Assembly (NCBI RefSeq): GCF_009914755.1
Contig: NC_060930.1
Source of the DNA: the human T2T-CHM13v2.0 reference genome, Homo sapiens
Reading direction: 5' to 3' (one strand)
Length of the DNA stretch: 64,000 nt
Program-made: the position numbers and the translations under genes
The notes under the pieces: model-generated
What the model saw: the letters and a program-made list of their open reading frames with translations, nothing else
Databases searched by the model: none
What the model was told of the DNA's origin: nothing
Part shown: positions 1-16,780 of the stretch, in pieces
Numbering within the stretch: the stretch's first letter is position 1
Layout: the number at the start of each line of letters is the position of its first letter

Positions 1-159
1 AGAGGCCTTCATCCCAAGTCTGAGTCCCACTGTTTCCCTATCAAAGCTGTGACTTTAGCATAGATCTTTAGCGTAGAAGACCTGTATATTCAGTCTCCTT
101 TGCCATTCTGCCACCCCTAAGATTGAATTTGGAGCTTGAATTTTAGCACAGACTGCCCT

Positions 160-300
160 TTCATCTTTTTTTCCTTCCTTCCTTCCTCCCTCCCTCCCTC
201 CCCTCCCCTCCCTCCCTCTCTCCCTTCTTTCCTTTCTTCCTTCCTTCCTTCCTTCTTTCCTTTCTTTTTCTTTCTCTCTCTCTTTTCTTTTCTTTCTGTT
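160..300. repeat. CT-rich low-complexity polypyrimidine tract (decayed Alu-monomer tail)
   Basis: Runs of ttcc/tccc/tttc directly preceding an antisense Alu monomer. Confidence 0.9.
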
Positions 301-437
301 TCAGAGATGGGATCTCACTCTGCTGCCCAGGCACAATCATAGCTCACTGCAGCCTTAAACTCCTGAGCTCAAGCGATCCTTCTGCCACAGCCTCTCGAGT
401 AGCTGGGATTACAGGAGCAAGCCACTGTGCCTGGCCC
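301..437 (-). mobile_element. Alu monomer (FLAM/FRAM-like)
   Basis: gagatgggatctcactctgctgcccagg...gctgggattacagg...cctggcc. Confidence 0.85.
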
Positions 438-835
438 GACTGCCGTTTTGCTACACAGTCCCTTTACTTGCTGTCATGGAAGACTTCTGACTTTCACAGA
501 ATGTCTTGACCTGATAGTTGGCTGACCTGAACTCGTCTTTTTCTTTGAGGCAGTCTTCAAAACTCTTATGGCATTTCACAAAAGCCAGTCAATTCCACTA
601 CTGTTATAATTACCATTGCCCCCTTTCATCCCAGTATTAGATACTATATAAGTGAAGCTTTCCCTTCCACAACATCCTGTCCACCACGGGTGAGAGTTTG
701 ATTGTTATGCCAGAGGTTATCAACACCACAATTACTACCAGCAATGGAGCTTTTGTTTTCATCTGACTGGTGAGTAAACCTGTTCCAGAATACCATCCCG
801 AGGGGATGCTTTCTCCAACTACACCAGATATTACT

Positions 836-1341
836 GTCTTAGTTTGGGTCCACCCAAAAGTAGAGCATGAGGTAAGGAATTGAGTTCAGGTAATTTATTT
901 GCAAAATGACTCCAGAAAGTAGGAATGAAGGAGTAAGCTTACTGAGAGAAGGAAGATGGAAAAGTAAAAAAAAAAAAGGAGGGGATGTTATTGAACTAAT
1001 TACCGCAGTGGGCAATTGGGCTCAAGCCTTCCGAGGATCCTTTGAGGAACCATGTGGAATACACTTGAGAATGGCCCTGCAAAAGAGGGGAGGCTGAACA
1101 ATTTATCCCCTGGCACCACTGGCTGGGGTTCTAATGGGGGAATATTTCTCCTTTGGGCTTGCCCTGTACACTTATAAGCTCCTAGCATATAAGCTCCCAC
1201 TGCTTCCTTGGTAAAGGATGTCAGAGAGATGAAGAGGAACTTGTGGTGGGACTCTGTCAGCATGCATAGGAAAGTGCATTACAGCTGCAGCAAAAAAAAT
1301 CAAAGGTGGGCTGAGTGGATGTAGAGCATCTACTTTATCAC
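836..1341 (-). mobile_element. Old ERVL solo LTR (LTR33-like)
   Basis: Begins tgtcttagtttgggtcc...; antisense AATAAA near 895; homologous to the element at 3637/6391. Confidence 0.6.
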
Positions 1342-1749
1342 AAAAGCCAGTCCCGTACACCCAGCAAATGGTCTCCTTTAATTAAATATTCCCATCTCTT
1401 CCTTGCTAAGAACCCTACTTATAAGCCCTATTCATTCTTACCAGGATAACCTTTGTCTCCTCAAAGGCACCGAGAGAAGAAACAATCCATGTGTGTTTTA
1501 TAAAACGTGCTGAAGTCAGGAAAGATCCTAGTGAGAGGCATTGGTGAGTTCCTGTTAGGTGTTCTTTTTTTACACTTTTTATTAAGTTCCTGGGGGAAGA
1601 ACTATAAGCAAGTTGTAGTTATCCAATCCCTTGCTCCTGGCTTGAAAATCCAGTGGCCAGAGACAGAATTTAGCTCTACCTTTCATGGCACTCTTTGGGT
1701 GGTCTCTCAGAGAGGATATTATAATATCTAGATGAGAAATAATATAGGC

Positions 1750-2058
1750 TTTTATTTTCTTTCATTATTTATTTATTTTAGAGGTAGGTACTCTGTTGCC
1801 CAGGCTACAGTGCAATGGTGTGATCATAGCTCACTGCAGCCTCGAACACTTGGGCTCAAGTGATCCTCCCACCTCAGCCTCCTGTGTAGCTAGGACTACA
1901 AGTGCACACCACCACACCTGGCTAATTATTTTTATTTTTATAGAGACAGGGTCTTGCTATGTTGCCCAGGCTGGACTTGAACTCCTGGCTTCAAGTGATC
2001 CTTCTGGCTCAACTTCCCAAAGCACTGAGATTAAAGGTGAGAGCCACCATGCCCAGAC
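1750..2058 (-). mobile_element. Alu (AluJ-like)
   Basis: Diverged dimeric antisense Alu with T-rich tail. Confidence 0.9.
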
Positions 2059-2554
2059 AGGTTTTTCTATTTTTTTTTGTGTGTGAACTTCCAGTCCATC
2101 TTCCATTGCCTTCCAATGGGCGCAATTAGTTGAAGTAGCAAGATGTTGACTCTTGTGGGTTCCTCTTTCACAGTGGGTTCTTTTCTGACTTTGGACTTTG
2201 GCAAGATTCTTCTTTGTATTTGAGCCTATCTCATTCCACCTCTCCTCAAAGCAACTCATGTCATTTGAAAAGAATTCTTTAGGCCATCGATTAAAAAAAT
2301 CACCCCTTTGAGGTGGTGACATTGGGTACCAGGGGAAAAAGGGTACCTACTGTGTATTCTGATAAGTGGCTTGAAAACAGCCTCCTCCTCAGCTTGCTGT
2401 CTTTATTGCCTCATCTCTCATGACACTTGTTTTCTTCACTGCTCCTGGCATGTCTTCAGGTTATTGACTTCTGGGATTTGCAGATTTTGTAACGTGGTAC
2501 TGCTTTGAAAGGAGTACTTTACACTGCTTTGGAAGAACAGAAAGAAAGAAAAGG

Positions 2555-2866
<312 letters not shown>

Positions 2867-4211
2867 GAAAGAAAGAAAAGGTTAATGCTAAGGACTGTTA
2901 TTAGTATTGGTATTGGTCTAGGCTGAGATTCAGTATGGGAGTGATAGCACTCTGGATAAATGCTTGAACACACTTTTGTCTCTCCTACCTCCTGACACCA
3001 ATTACTTCCCCACCCCCACTCCTCCCGACTTGCTTCTCTCAGGTCCAGGCCTGTCCTTGACGTCAGAAGGCATGGGCTGGTCTCCAGGAAGCCCGTCCAA
3101 GCTCAGAACTTAGAGACAAAGCAAAGCATTCTGCACAGTCCTGCTTGACATTTCCTCTCTTTTCTCATTTGAAGATTTTATTGTGTTACCCTGGTGATGA
3201 GAAATGTAGTTAAGAAAGAGGAATTCCCAGAGTAGAAAGTATGGGGGCCAGAAGAGGCAATAAGAGTCCAGATTTAGAAAAATCCTATCAGAAGGAATAC
3301 TGGGGTCAGAACAACGATGACATTCCCTTCCACCCTTCCCATCTCGCAGTTCATGCAGTTCTCTCTCACCTCTGCCTCATGACTGGTTGTATTCACACTT
3401 AAAAAGGAATACTTCCTTTTTCAAAACATGTTTTTTCACTTAAGAAAAAGAGCTCAGCTTTCAGTTCTCCACCTCTTTTCCTCTTCCTCCTTCCTGTCCT
3501 ACTCTCCAATTTCTTGTGTTCTTTTATAAAAAGAACAATTAAAAGCAAAGACAAACAAAATGTGAACCATCACAAACACATGCTTGTAAAGCAAGTTTTA
3601 TGCAACAGAATGAATATTCAAAAATGAAAAACAAATGTCTTACTTCAGATTTCACCCAAAAGTGGATTCTGAGACAAGGATTTGGGTACAAGCAGTTTAT
3701 TTGGGAGGTTGTGATACTATTTTACATATACATTTATATATATATAAGTCTTTTCTACCACGGTCCCTGGCTCATAACTCCCATAGCCCTGGTTACTTGC
3801 TAAGTGGCCGAAACAATAATCATATCTTTCGCTCAAGGTTTTGTCCTTTTGTCTTTGGTTCCTGAAGCAGCTTCAGGGTGAAAAAGGTAAAAGGTAGTCT
3901 TTTGGTGTAATGTTGCAATACTTTAGGCCTCAGAACTAGACCTTAGGAAACAGAATCTGTCTCTCTCTTTCTCTCTCTCTGACCTGCCTTCCTTTCACCT
4001 GCTCCTTTTTCTCCTCGAGGCAGGCCATAGAAACTAAAAATATACTCTAATCTTTCCTCACCTTTCTGTCTTGGAGCTGGCCATAAAGAAATTATCTGAC
4101 TACATTGTCTGATTGTAGGTCATAATGTTGCTGAACCAAACTGGGGCCCTCTCACCGGATGCAGTAAGGCCGAACAACCACACCGAGGTTTTGCATCAGG
4201 AGGAGGGAGGG

Positions 4212-4568
4212 TGATATGGTTTGGCTGTGTCCACACCCCAGTCTCATCTTGAATTGTAGCTCCCATAATTCCCATGTGTTGTGGGAGGGACCCGGTGAGA
4301 GATAATTGAATCATGGGAGTGGTTTCCCCCATACTGTACTCGTGGTAGTGAGTAAGTCTCATGAGATCTGATGGTTTTATAAGGGGAAACCCCTTTTGCT
4401 TGGCTCTCATTCTCTCTTGGCTGCCACCAGGTAAGACATGCCTTTCGCCTTCCACCATGATTGTGAGGCCTTCCCAGCCACGTGGAACTGTGAGTCCATT
4501 AAACCTCTTTTTCTTTATAAATTAGTCTCGAGTATGTCTTTATCAGTGGTGTGAAACAGACTAATACA
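4212..4568 (+). mobile_element. THE1 (THE1B-like) MaLR solo LTR
   Basis: tgatatggtttggctgtgtcc...gactaataca; 5-bp TSD gaggg (4207-4211 / 4569-4573). Confidence 0.93.
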
Positions 4569-5031
4569 GAGGGGATTTATTTGCAGAATGCCAAGTAAAG
4601 AAAATCAGGCAGCTCACGCTTAAGACCCAACCTCCCTGTGTCTTACAAGCAAGACTTTTTAAAGGCAGGAGTAAATTTCAGCAAAGCAGAAATTACAGGC
4701 AAAATCATAAATGTATGAAGGCTATACGTTGGTTTGGCTTAAAATGGTGAGATATCTTGAAGTAGCGTGTTATGGGTCATAGGTAGATTCAAAATTTTTT
4801 TATTTGGAATTGGTTGAGGAAGGGAAGCTTTCTTTAAAATTTTGAGTTCAGCAGACAGAAATGATAGGTCTGGCCCATGGGCATGACTTCCTCCAGGTCC
4901 CTCAGGAAGAAATTTAGAACAAAGAACCGTGGTCAGAGTTCAGTCCTCAATTCTTATGTGAGGTCTACGTGCCGGTGGACCCATTTAGTAGGGGTCTGAG
5001 TTTCTGAAAAACAACTCAGGTACATGTGTTA

Positions 5032-5342
<311 letters not shown>

Positions 5343-5343
<1 letters not shown>

Positions 5344-5474
5344 GCTTCCCGGAGGGGCGCACACCTGAAGAGGGCATGGAAGCTCCACACCCCTTCCCAT
5401 ACCTCACCCTATGCATCTCTTCATCGTATCCTTCGCAATCTCCTTTGTAACAAGCCAGTGTTTCCCTGAATCCT
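5343..5474 (+). repeat. 132-bp dispersed direct copy of 5944-6075 (MER21A segment)
   Basis: Manual alignment: 7 mismatches, no indels. Confidence 0.95.
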
Positions 5475-6773
5475 CATCTTTAGCTTCTGCAGGGAACCAA
5501 ACTTCTCATGACTGTAACTTTCTTGCCAATTGTTTTAAGCTACTATTACTGTCCTGCTTGTTAAGTTGCTCATTTACTTCTCAGGGCTAGCTAGGTGCCT
5601 GGAATTTCCCCTGAAGAAACTAAAGATTTTCCTTTATTTCATGCTTGGGGGAAGAGCTTCCAGTAGACCCCTAAGAGGAGTCCCTGCTCCATCTCAATAA
5701 GACCCCCATTTCAAAAGGGGTCCTGCTCCGTATCCTGGAAGAAGGAAAATTGCACCGACAGGCCAAGAAGAATCTGGACAGACAGGCCTTGCTGGGTTTC
5801 TCCACCCAATCTATTAGTATGGGATCATACACTTTTTGCCCAATCACATTTCTCACAGTTGCTAACATTCCTATCTATCGAAGTCTCCGTAAAAGGCGCA
5901 AGAGGACAGGTTATGGGGAGCTTTCAGATAGCTTAATACATGGAGCTTCCTGGAGGGGGGCGCACCTGAAGAGGGCATGGAAACTCCACACCCCTTCCCA
6001 TACCTCACCCTATGCATCTCTTCATCGTATCCTTTGCAGTCTCCTTTGTAACAAGCCAGTGTTTCCTTGAATCCTGTGAGCGACTCTAGCAAATTAATGG
6101 AACCCAGAACCAGGATTTGGGATCTCCAGTTTATAGCTAGTCAGTCAGAAGCACTGGTGAAAGAACCTGGGCTTGAGATGGGCATCAAAAGGTGAGAAGT
6201 CTTGGGGACTGAGCCCTCAACCTGTGGGATCTGATACTATCTCCAGGTAGGTGGTGTCAGAATTATATTGGAGGACACCCAGCTGGTATTCACTGCAGAA
6301 GTGATTGCTTGCTGGCTGGTGGGGAGAAATTCCCACACGTCTGGTGTGAGAGTATGGTGGGAGAAACTGAGTTTATTTTTTTTCTACACAGAGGTGATCC
6401 CAGGAACTATGGTGAGGGAGAAATGAAATGGTACAGGAAATGGAAGGAGACAGGGAAAAGATCAATGCATTATCTTTGCATTGTACAATGCAATGTACAG
6501 GTTACTGCCATGAGTAATTGGGGCTCACTATCACTATGGACACTCTGAGACACATTGTAAAGCACATCTGAAATTGTTCCAAGAGACAAGGAAGCAAGGG
6601 TTTTTATCCATCAATGTCTGCCCATTACTGGTTGAAGTTTGCTCCCCAGGAAATTAACTCCCTGAGAGCTCTCAGGCAGAGGGATGCTTAAGGTGAAAAG
6701 TCATTGTCTACCTAAATACAGTTGACCTCCAGCGTGGGCCGGAGGGATATGGGCTGGACACTGACATTAGCTA

Positions 6774-7190
<417 letters not shown>

Positions 7191-7230
7191 CTATATCCTC
7201 ATGTTTTTATAGGCTCTATGAAAATAGTAA

Positions 7231-7649
<419 letters not shown>

Positions 7650-7972
7650 TAGGATAACAGTGACCAAGATAAGTTAAATATTCCCCTGTAAGGCCATAAA
7701 TCAAGCAAGTTGCTAATGTTCAAACTTCACTCTTTTGATTCTAATTTTGGTACTTTTCCCACCATACCCACATTTGTCTTCTATAATCGCGCAAATTTCT
7801 TGAGTGTGGGCATGGGATGTAACATACTAATAATGCTTAAATTATATGTACAAATCATGTTAACATTCTTCATATGAATCTTTTGTATTCATATCCCTTG
7901 CTGGTACAAGTGGGATACATAGTAGGAGACAACCACCATAAAGACACACAAAAAATTAAAGAATAAAGGATA

Positions 7973-8311
<339 letters not shown>

Positions 8312-8649
8312 CTAGGAAGAAACTGAATAATATTCTATCATGGAAAAGGAGTAGTTAGGGCAGGGCACAGGAAACAGCAGATTGTTTTCCATCCCTCATC
8401 AGAAGATTGGGAGTATAATTTTCAATGAAAAGAGTGAAGCTGATTATAAATGTAAGATATTGGCCCTTTAGGATTTGCTGTAGGCCAGCAGTTAGTGGAA
8501 TTCTTAATTCCCCCCAATTATTACTAAAATTGTTATACCCTAAAGACCAATAAGGCATGAGAAGGAGGCCTGTGCTTAAAATAATCTCTACTTAGAATCA
8601 GGTGTATTAGGCAATAGGAATCATAGTAAATAAGCTTCAGTATGTATCA

Positions 8650-9094
<445 letters not shown>

Positions 9095-9139
9095 CTACAA
9101 AGAGCATATAGTAGGCCTTGGTTTTCTATACAATGTCTA

Positions 9140-9640
9140 CTCCCTTCTTATTCTTTCTTAACAGGACCCTAGTTTTGCTCAGATATTCATCTGTTCTTCA
9201 TGCAATTCTGGAGTAACCTCCAGCTCGGGAGTCAACCCTAATTGGTCTGAATCAATTATGATATTCTTATTCTCCTGCCAGGAATTGGTTTATGATCATG
9301 TGGTTCAGGGACCTGGTTCTTGTCCATGACAAGGATAGAGAAGGGCCTGCTTTCTACCTGTGGACACTGCTGTGTCTGTATGTGATGCCTGAAACTACTA
9401 CATCCATCTTGTTACCAGTCAGAGTATGAAGCCAGGACACTGATGAGTGTAGAGTGGAAAGACGAAATGAAGCTGGATCCAAGATGACATTGATGAGTAG
9501 CTACATCAACCCCCCCAAATCTATTTACTGACTACTTCAGGATTTTCTGATACATGAGTTAACAAATTTCTATTATTTAAGCCAATCTGGCTGAGTGATT
9601 TTTTTGTAATTTATAGACAAAGACACTTTAGCTGATGCAA
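9140..9640 (+). mobile_element. Ancient MLT1-family MaLR LTR
   Basis: gtgatgcctgaaactact...ttatttaagcca...agctgatgca 3'-end pattern. Confidence 0.5.
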
Positions 9641-9844
9641 GAATTAGGATGGTGGTAGACCTTCCATCCCAGCATGCGTTCTTTGCTCTTTCAATAATAA
9701 AAGATGAGCAAGACAAAACTAGAAGATTGTGCATAATTGGATGTCCAATTCATTTGTTGGAAAAAATTCAGGGAAATTCTAAGGAACCACATCTATGTTT
9801 TTCTGAGGCAGGAAAACAAAATATTTTTAAAAAGAGAGAGAGGA

Positions 9845-10157
<313 letters not shown>

Positions 10158-10232
10158 TCATTCTTTACTCTGGTAATAATGTATTGTGCCATATTTTGGA
10201 AAATGATGATATTTTTATTTAATTTATGTAAG

Positions 10233-10506
10233 TTTATTTTTATTTTTATTTTTGAGATAGGGTCTTGCCCTATTGCCCAGGCTGGAGTGCAGTGGTGTGA
10301 TCAGGGCTCACTGCAGCCTCAACCTCCCAGGCTCAAACGATCCTCCCAAGTATCTGGGACCACAGGTGCCTGCCACCAAGCCCAGCTAATTTTTGTATTT
10401 TTGCCATGTTGGCCAGGCTGGCCTCAAACCCCTGGGCTCAAGCAATCTGCCCACCTCTGCCTCCCAAAGCACTGGAATTACAGGCTTGAGCCACCATGCC
10501 TGGCCA
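10233..10506 (-). mobile_element. Alu (AluJ-like, internal deletions)
   Basis: Antisense diverged Alu. Confidence 0.88.
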
Positions 10507-10914
10507 ACCATAGTTCTAAAAAGATGTTTGAAAATATTCCAAATGCCACCGCAAGAAAAACGAGGAAAGTATTGGCTTTTAGAATGTGGAATCTCTAAAA
10601 TGAGAACTTAAACCTCTTGAGGGCAAGGATAATGTCTCAGGTTTGCATTCCCAGGGTCCACCATAGTGCCTGATAATAAAAGCTTGTCAGAGAAATAATC
10701 TGAGAACCTGGGAAAATGTGTCCAAAGTGGTATCACGCAAATAGTATCACACAGAAGATGTCCCTACAAAGATTCTAAGAATATGATCTTAAGTGTGTAA
10801 AGTGTCAAGATGCCACAACTTACCAAGACTTTGATGATTACATTTTTTTAAATGGTGCATGCTTTCAAAATTATAAATTACATTTTATTTACATATAAAA
10901 TTAAATGGCTCTTC

Positions 10915-11885
10915 ACTCCTTAAGTGTGGACTGCAAATAGAGACTTCTTTCCAAAAAGCCCTATAAAACGCGCGAAAAACTGTAACTTTAGAGTGCAGAA
11001 AGCTACTACCCAATACTACCTCAACTAGGTGATCAAGGTCAACGTCAATAGTGATAAGTCATTTTGATAGCATGTGCCCTTGATCTGATGTGATGAAAAT
11101 AGCGTTGATTTCTGTGATCTTCACTATCAAAACCCCTAAGTCCAGTCTAATTATGAGAAAAACATAAGGTAAATTTCAGTAGAGGAACATTCTATAAAAC
11201 ACTGGCCAGTACTACTCAAAACTGTTGAGGCCATCAAAGCCAAGGAGAGCCTAAGAGATACGATGACTAAATGTAATATGGTATCCTATATGGGATCCTG
11301 GAACAGAAAAAGGATAGTAGGTAAAAATTTAGGAAAATGGGATAAAATGTGGACTTTAGTTAATAATAGTGTGTCATACTAATATAAAATGTTAACAACA
11401 GGGGAATCTGGGTGTGGAATATATAGGAACTTTCTGTACTATTGATATGGTTTGGCTCTGTGTCCTCACCCAAATTTCATCTTGAATTGTAATCCCCACG
11501 TGTTGGAGGAGGGGCCTGGTTGGAGGTGATTGAAACATGGGGGTGGATTTCCCCTCTGCTGTTCTCGGGATAGTGAGTGAGTTCTCCTGAGATCTGATGG
11601 TTTAAAAGTGTGTGGCATTTCCCCCCTCACTCGCTGTCTCTCCTGCTCCACCATGGTAAGACCTGCTTGCTTCCCCTTTGCCTTCCACCATGATTCAGTT
11701 TCCTGAGGCTTCCCAGTCATGTTTCCTATTAAGCCTGCAGAACTGTGAGTCAATTAAACCTCTTTTCTTCATAAATTACTCAGTCTCACGTGGTTCTTTA
11801 CAGCAGTGTGAAAACGGACTAATACAACTACCCTCACAATTTTTCTGTAAATCTAAAATTGTTCTAAAAAAAGTTTATTTAAAGA
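10915..11885 (+). mobile_element. L1MC-type 3' UTR fragment interrupted by MSTA
   Basis: aaatgtaatatggtatcct...gggatcctggaacagaaaaagga...ctgtaaatctaaaattgttctaaaa. Confidence 0.75.
11443..11826 (+). mobile_element. MSTA-like MaLR solo LTR
   Basis: tgatatggtttggctctgtgtc...ggactaataca; TSD actat/actac. Confidence 0.88.
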
Positions 11886-12309
11886 ATATATGGGCTGCAA
11901 ACAGGTACCTTCAGTTTTGAGCTATGTCTCCCATTTTCCCAATAATTTTCATCTAATACAAAGCTGGTCTTGCCCTTTCAATAATAGAAATACATTTAGA
12001 AAACCATACGCATTGCAGAAATTTATTATAATCTGTACTTTGACAGCAAATATCAAGCACATTTATTGCCCAGATGCATAGTTAGTTGGCAAACATTAAT
12101 TTTAATTAATTAAGTATGTATAACTAACGTGAAGATATCAGTCATGAACAGCTGAATCTCAGTAAATTACCAGCTCCATATTTAAACAAACCACATCACT
12201 GTTTAAGGTCACATAATTGTCTCAGATTTTTGGCATGCTTTTTAAAAATTGTCATTCGTGAATTGGATACTGCTAGGAAAAGAAATGCTATTAAAAAAAC
12301 CAAACTGAT

Positions 12310-12606
12310 GCCGGGCGCAGTGGCTCATGCCTGTAATCCCAGCATTTTGGGAGGCCGAGGCGGGCGGATCACAAGGTCAGGAGATCGAGACCATCCTGGC
12401 TAACACGGTGAAATCCCGTCTCTACTAAAAATACAAAAAATTAGCCGGGCGTGGTGGTGCGCGCCTGTAGCCCCAGCTACTCAGGAGGCTGAGACGGGAG
12501 AATGGCTTGAACCCAGGAAGGCGGAGCTTGCAGTGAGATGAGATTGTGCCACTGCACTCCAGGGTGGGCGACAGAGCAAGACTCCGTCTCAAAACAAACA
12601 AACAAA
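12310..12606 (+). mobile_element. AluY
   Basis: gagatcgagaccatcctggctaacacggtgaa; TSD aaaaaaccaaactga. Confidence 0.93.
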
Positions 12607-12864
12607 CAAAAAACCAAACTGACATATTTAAAAAGAGAATGTATTAAATGATCATTTGTATGGCTATTACTCAGAGTGGGACCTTTCGTCTTCTCATCTG
12701 CTTTCACAGTCTTATGATTTTGAAAAGTAAGCCAACTACTGGCTATGCCATCAGGCTATTAGTTTAACTTTTATAACTAGAGGTCATATGAATTATTCAG
12801 AGTAAACTCAGTATAACTACTTAATTGGTTGGCTCTAACTTTAGTTTTGAAACTAATTAACTGG

Positions 12865-12990
12865 AAGGGCTTCGGTAAATTACTTAATCTTTTTGTGCCT
12901 CAGTTTTCTCATCTCTAAAAAGGACTAATTGTAATTATCTTATGTGGCACAAAGATGTTGTAACAAAGTAAAGTAATAAGGCATGAAAAC
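12865..12990 (+). mobile_element. MIR fragment
   Basis: ttacttaatct...gtgcctcagttttctcatctctaaaa core. Confidence 0.65.
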
Positions 12991-13661
12991 TGTTTGGGAG
13001 GTAAGGTTTATTTCACACTACAAAAAGTTCTTTGTAAATACAGATATTCACTGAAAAAAATCTGGTAAGTTACAGTGAATGGGAAAGGTTCTGGAAGAAG
13101 ACAGAGATTGGTAATTAGGAGTAACTTTTTCCAAAAATGAGAAAAAGCCATAAACATTTGTTGCACTAATTTATCCAAGTTACTCATTTCCTGAAATGTT
13201 TTTGTAGGCCATATATTACTTTCACAGCTCTCAAGGGAATATCAAAATTTGGGATAAATCTATTATCCTGAAATTGTAATATGGAATTGTTAGTGAGAAA
13301 TACCACTTAATGTGTAGTAAACATTAAATGTATAAGCTGCATATGAAAATAGTTTCTACATGATTTCAGTCTGCCAAAGCCAATCATCTGTCTCATGGAA
13401 ACTTATGTTCATACACCTTTCTTAGGTTGTCATGGGATTCTTAAGTTTTAAAATACTTATGTTTACTAATATTATCAATGTTATTCTGAAAAAAAAGACA
13501 CTAGAAAAAATTATCTCTAAATATGATGGATTTACTCAGGAATAGAAGTAAAGATTATAATTTGGAGTGCATGGAATGGCAAGCTACCAGTGCATTTATT
13601 TGGTGAGGGAAGGGTAAGAGGAGCTTTTATTAGCAAAAAAGAGTCTTACATAAACTGCTTA

Positions 13662-14011
<350 letters not shown>

Positions 14012-14316
14012 TCATTGGTCCTCAAGTTTCAAAGCCAGAGTTATTGTCAGTTCATTGTTGGAGATGCTGTTGCTGGGCAAGTGTTCCTTGGAGAACTGCT
14101 CTTAGTATTCTAAAGAAATTTAAGACATATTTATTAGGTGACAACATTCTTTACAAATATGAACTGAATTGGAATAAAAGGTTAATCAGGTATTGTTCTA
14201 TGCGTGACTAGGGTTCTCCAGAGAGCAGAATCAGGAATTCTGGTAGTGAGGTTAGAATCTGTGTTTTAATGAGCTCTTCACATAATTCCCAAATTTGAAA
14301 GTTTGAGAAGCACTTG

Positions 14317-14320
<4 letters not shown>

Positions 14321-14362
<42 letters not shown>
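14321..14362. repeat. (TG)21 microsatellite
   Basis: Direct count. Confidence 0.97.
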
Positions 14363-14363
<1 letters not shown>

Positions 14364-16254
14364 TGTGTAGGGTTCTTGTATGGTTGCCATGACATTCATT
14401 TTCTTCCTTGTTTGTAGTAAATATGAGTCACTCATCGAGACCTTTTGATGCCTTGATATATGATGGGCAAATTCCCCTTGACACTCTCACCGAATAATTT
14501 TTGTTGAATGAGATTGGAGCACCTGTCTGGAGCAGAGTGGAACCATCACCAAGAACTCGAGTCTCTTCTCTCTTCTGAAATGCTGTTAAATAGCCTCTAC
14601 CCCATCCAGGCTCTATTGAGGTCCTCTGCACTTTAGTTTGCTTCCTCCAAGTCAGCAGCTCTAGAAGGTGGCCAGCACTGGTGGCAATTTTTTTTTTCTT
14701 TGCCTCTGCCGAAATTCCATGATGGTGTACTGGGGTTGTCACTCTTAAAAACTTTTTCTTGACTTTTTAAAAGACTGTCTACCTTTTCAAATCATAATCT
14801 TCTCTTCAAATTGCAGGGAGTGCCTGCAATCCTCTTCATGGATTGAAAATGACAGTACCCTCTGGAGGTTGGGTTGGTTCCCTCTTTGGAAGGAGTCACC
14901 CAGGGATTGATGGATGGAGTTTGATGGAGAGTGAAGAGAGCTGCTGGCTCAGGAGCTGACACTCAGTACAAGCTTGGGTACCTGGGATGCTCCTGGGTTT
15001 CCCAACCATTAAAGCTTTGAGTGGAGTTGGGAATGCCTGAGCCAATAATCTCCACGCTCCAGGAAACAGAAGTGACTTCTACTCAACTTCCAAATGTTTT
15101 CTTCCTAGCTTTTGAGGGCATCTATGAGTTGACTCAATACTACAAACCTAAATCTACTCCCCACTATTTTCCAAAACAAGTCTTCCTTTCATGCCACAAA
15201 CAAGCCAAACATCTGCATCCTTTCTTGTCTTTTTTCCTTTCTACTTAGAAAGTTATTTCTTCAATATTCTCCCTTTGTAAATTATCCCTATTCCTATCTC
15301 CTCCATGAAACCCTTTCCCAACTATTCTTGGTCTTATTGTTTTCTCAATTTCTGTAGCACTTGTCCTTGAACCATATAATTTAGCCATTAATTACACACT
15401 GTGCCACACTATTTGCTCTTATGCTAATGTGTCTTTAGTTTTTTATTCTCCAACTAAATTATAAGTGTCATGAGACATTTCCCATCTCTTACTTTACAAA
15501 TGTAGAAACCTGTTTAAAGTACACAGAAGAAATTAGAGTCACAGATTTAGACCTGATTTTAGCACTTAAACCTCAGCCTCTCTCACAGTCACTCTCCTGT
15601 TTGGTTCCATCCCTTTGGGTGCTCTGATTCTAGAATATTTTCTCCAAGTCTTTCATTTCACTTTTTCTGTGAATCCTTCTCTCTCTCTCTGTCTGTCTCT
15701 CTGTCTCTCTCTCAGATGTTGGTAAATGTTCATGTCACTGGATGAATACTTTAGCTATGTATACAGAGCACCAAATGTTCTCACTAAAAAGATATGGATG
15801 AGGACAGGATTATCTTGACCTTGTGGCATTTCACAAATGAGTTATTATAACATTGTGGCAAAATCTGACGAATTGAAGCTGTTAATGAACAGAGACTCCC
15901 ACATTCATGAGGACTTTCATCTTAGAAACTCAGCTCTGCTTTTATTATTTAAAATAGCTCTGCTATTTATTATTTATTATCCTCTTCTCCTACTTCTACT
16001 CCTAAATGCCATTCCTTTATTTATGGAAAAGCCTACTAACTCATTACTTTAAATGTTGCGTAATATCTGCCTTAGTATTTTTAGACCTATGTCTGATAAA
16101 AATGTAGTTCTGCCCTGCATTTTAGGCACCTTTTCTCAATTAAAAAAGAAGCTAGTATATTTATTGTCTTTATCTTTAAACACACATTTAACTCATCGAT
16201 GCATCCCAGGGACTATCTATCCATCTCACCTGGGGGTTGGGCGCTGCTTCACCT

Positions 16255-16780
16255 AACATAAGTCTAAGTATCGTGCTTTAACTCAATAAGGAAATATTTT
16301 TCTCGCATAACAGGAAGTGAGAAGTCCTGCTTGAAAGTAAGCAGTCCACCTACAGATGGGTAGCCCAGGGATCCTGGGGCACCTCACCTGGGCCATCATC
16401 ACCCCAGGCTCCTTTTTCTACTCTGCAGTGCTTAACATGTGCGTTTATTTTCCTGGTGGTCTCATCGTTACAGTATGGCTGTCCCACCTTTAGTTTCCCA
16501 CCCAGGTTTTTGGTAGGAAGCAACCAAAACAACAATCGAAACACAACAAACACAAGGAAGAACGGGAGGAGCCTGTATCAGGAAAGCAAAACTTTTGATT
16601 TCCAGCAGACTTGAGCTTCTATCTCCAGGAAAGAACTGTGGCATACCCTCATCTCGGCTGCAAGAGAGGTGAGGCAATGGAGATTTTTTTTTTAGTTGGG
16701 TACACGGTGGCCTAATCAAAATTGGGGTTTTTATTTGTAGGCAAAAAAGTGAAAAGGATATTGGATAGACAACTAGCAGG
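16255..16780 (-). mobile_element. Ancient MLT1-family LTR remnant
   Basis: tttttctcgcataacaggaag...ctcatcgttacagtatggctg...gctgcaagagaggtgagg pattern. Confidence 0.45.

Noticed and set aside
440-2480. Non-Alu segments and the 121-aa ORF at 1957-2322 as a possible pseudogene or ERV-internal relic
   Set aside because: No protein motif recognised in the frames I examined; a tBLASTx/Dfam search would be needed
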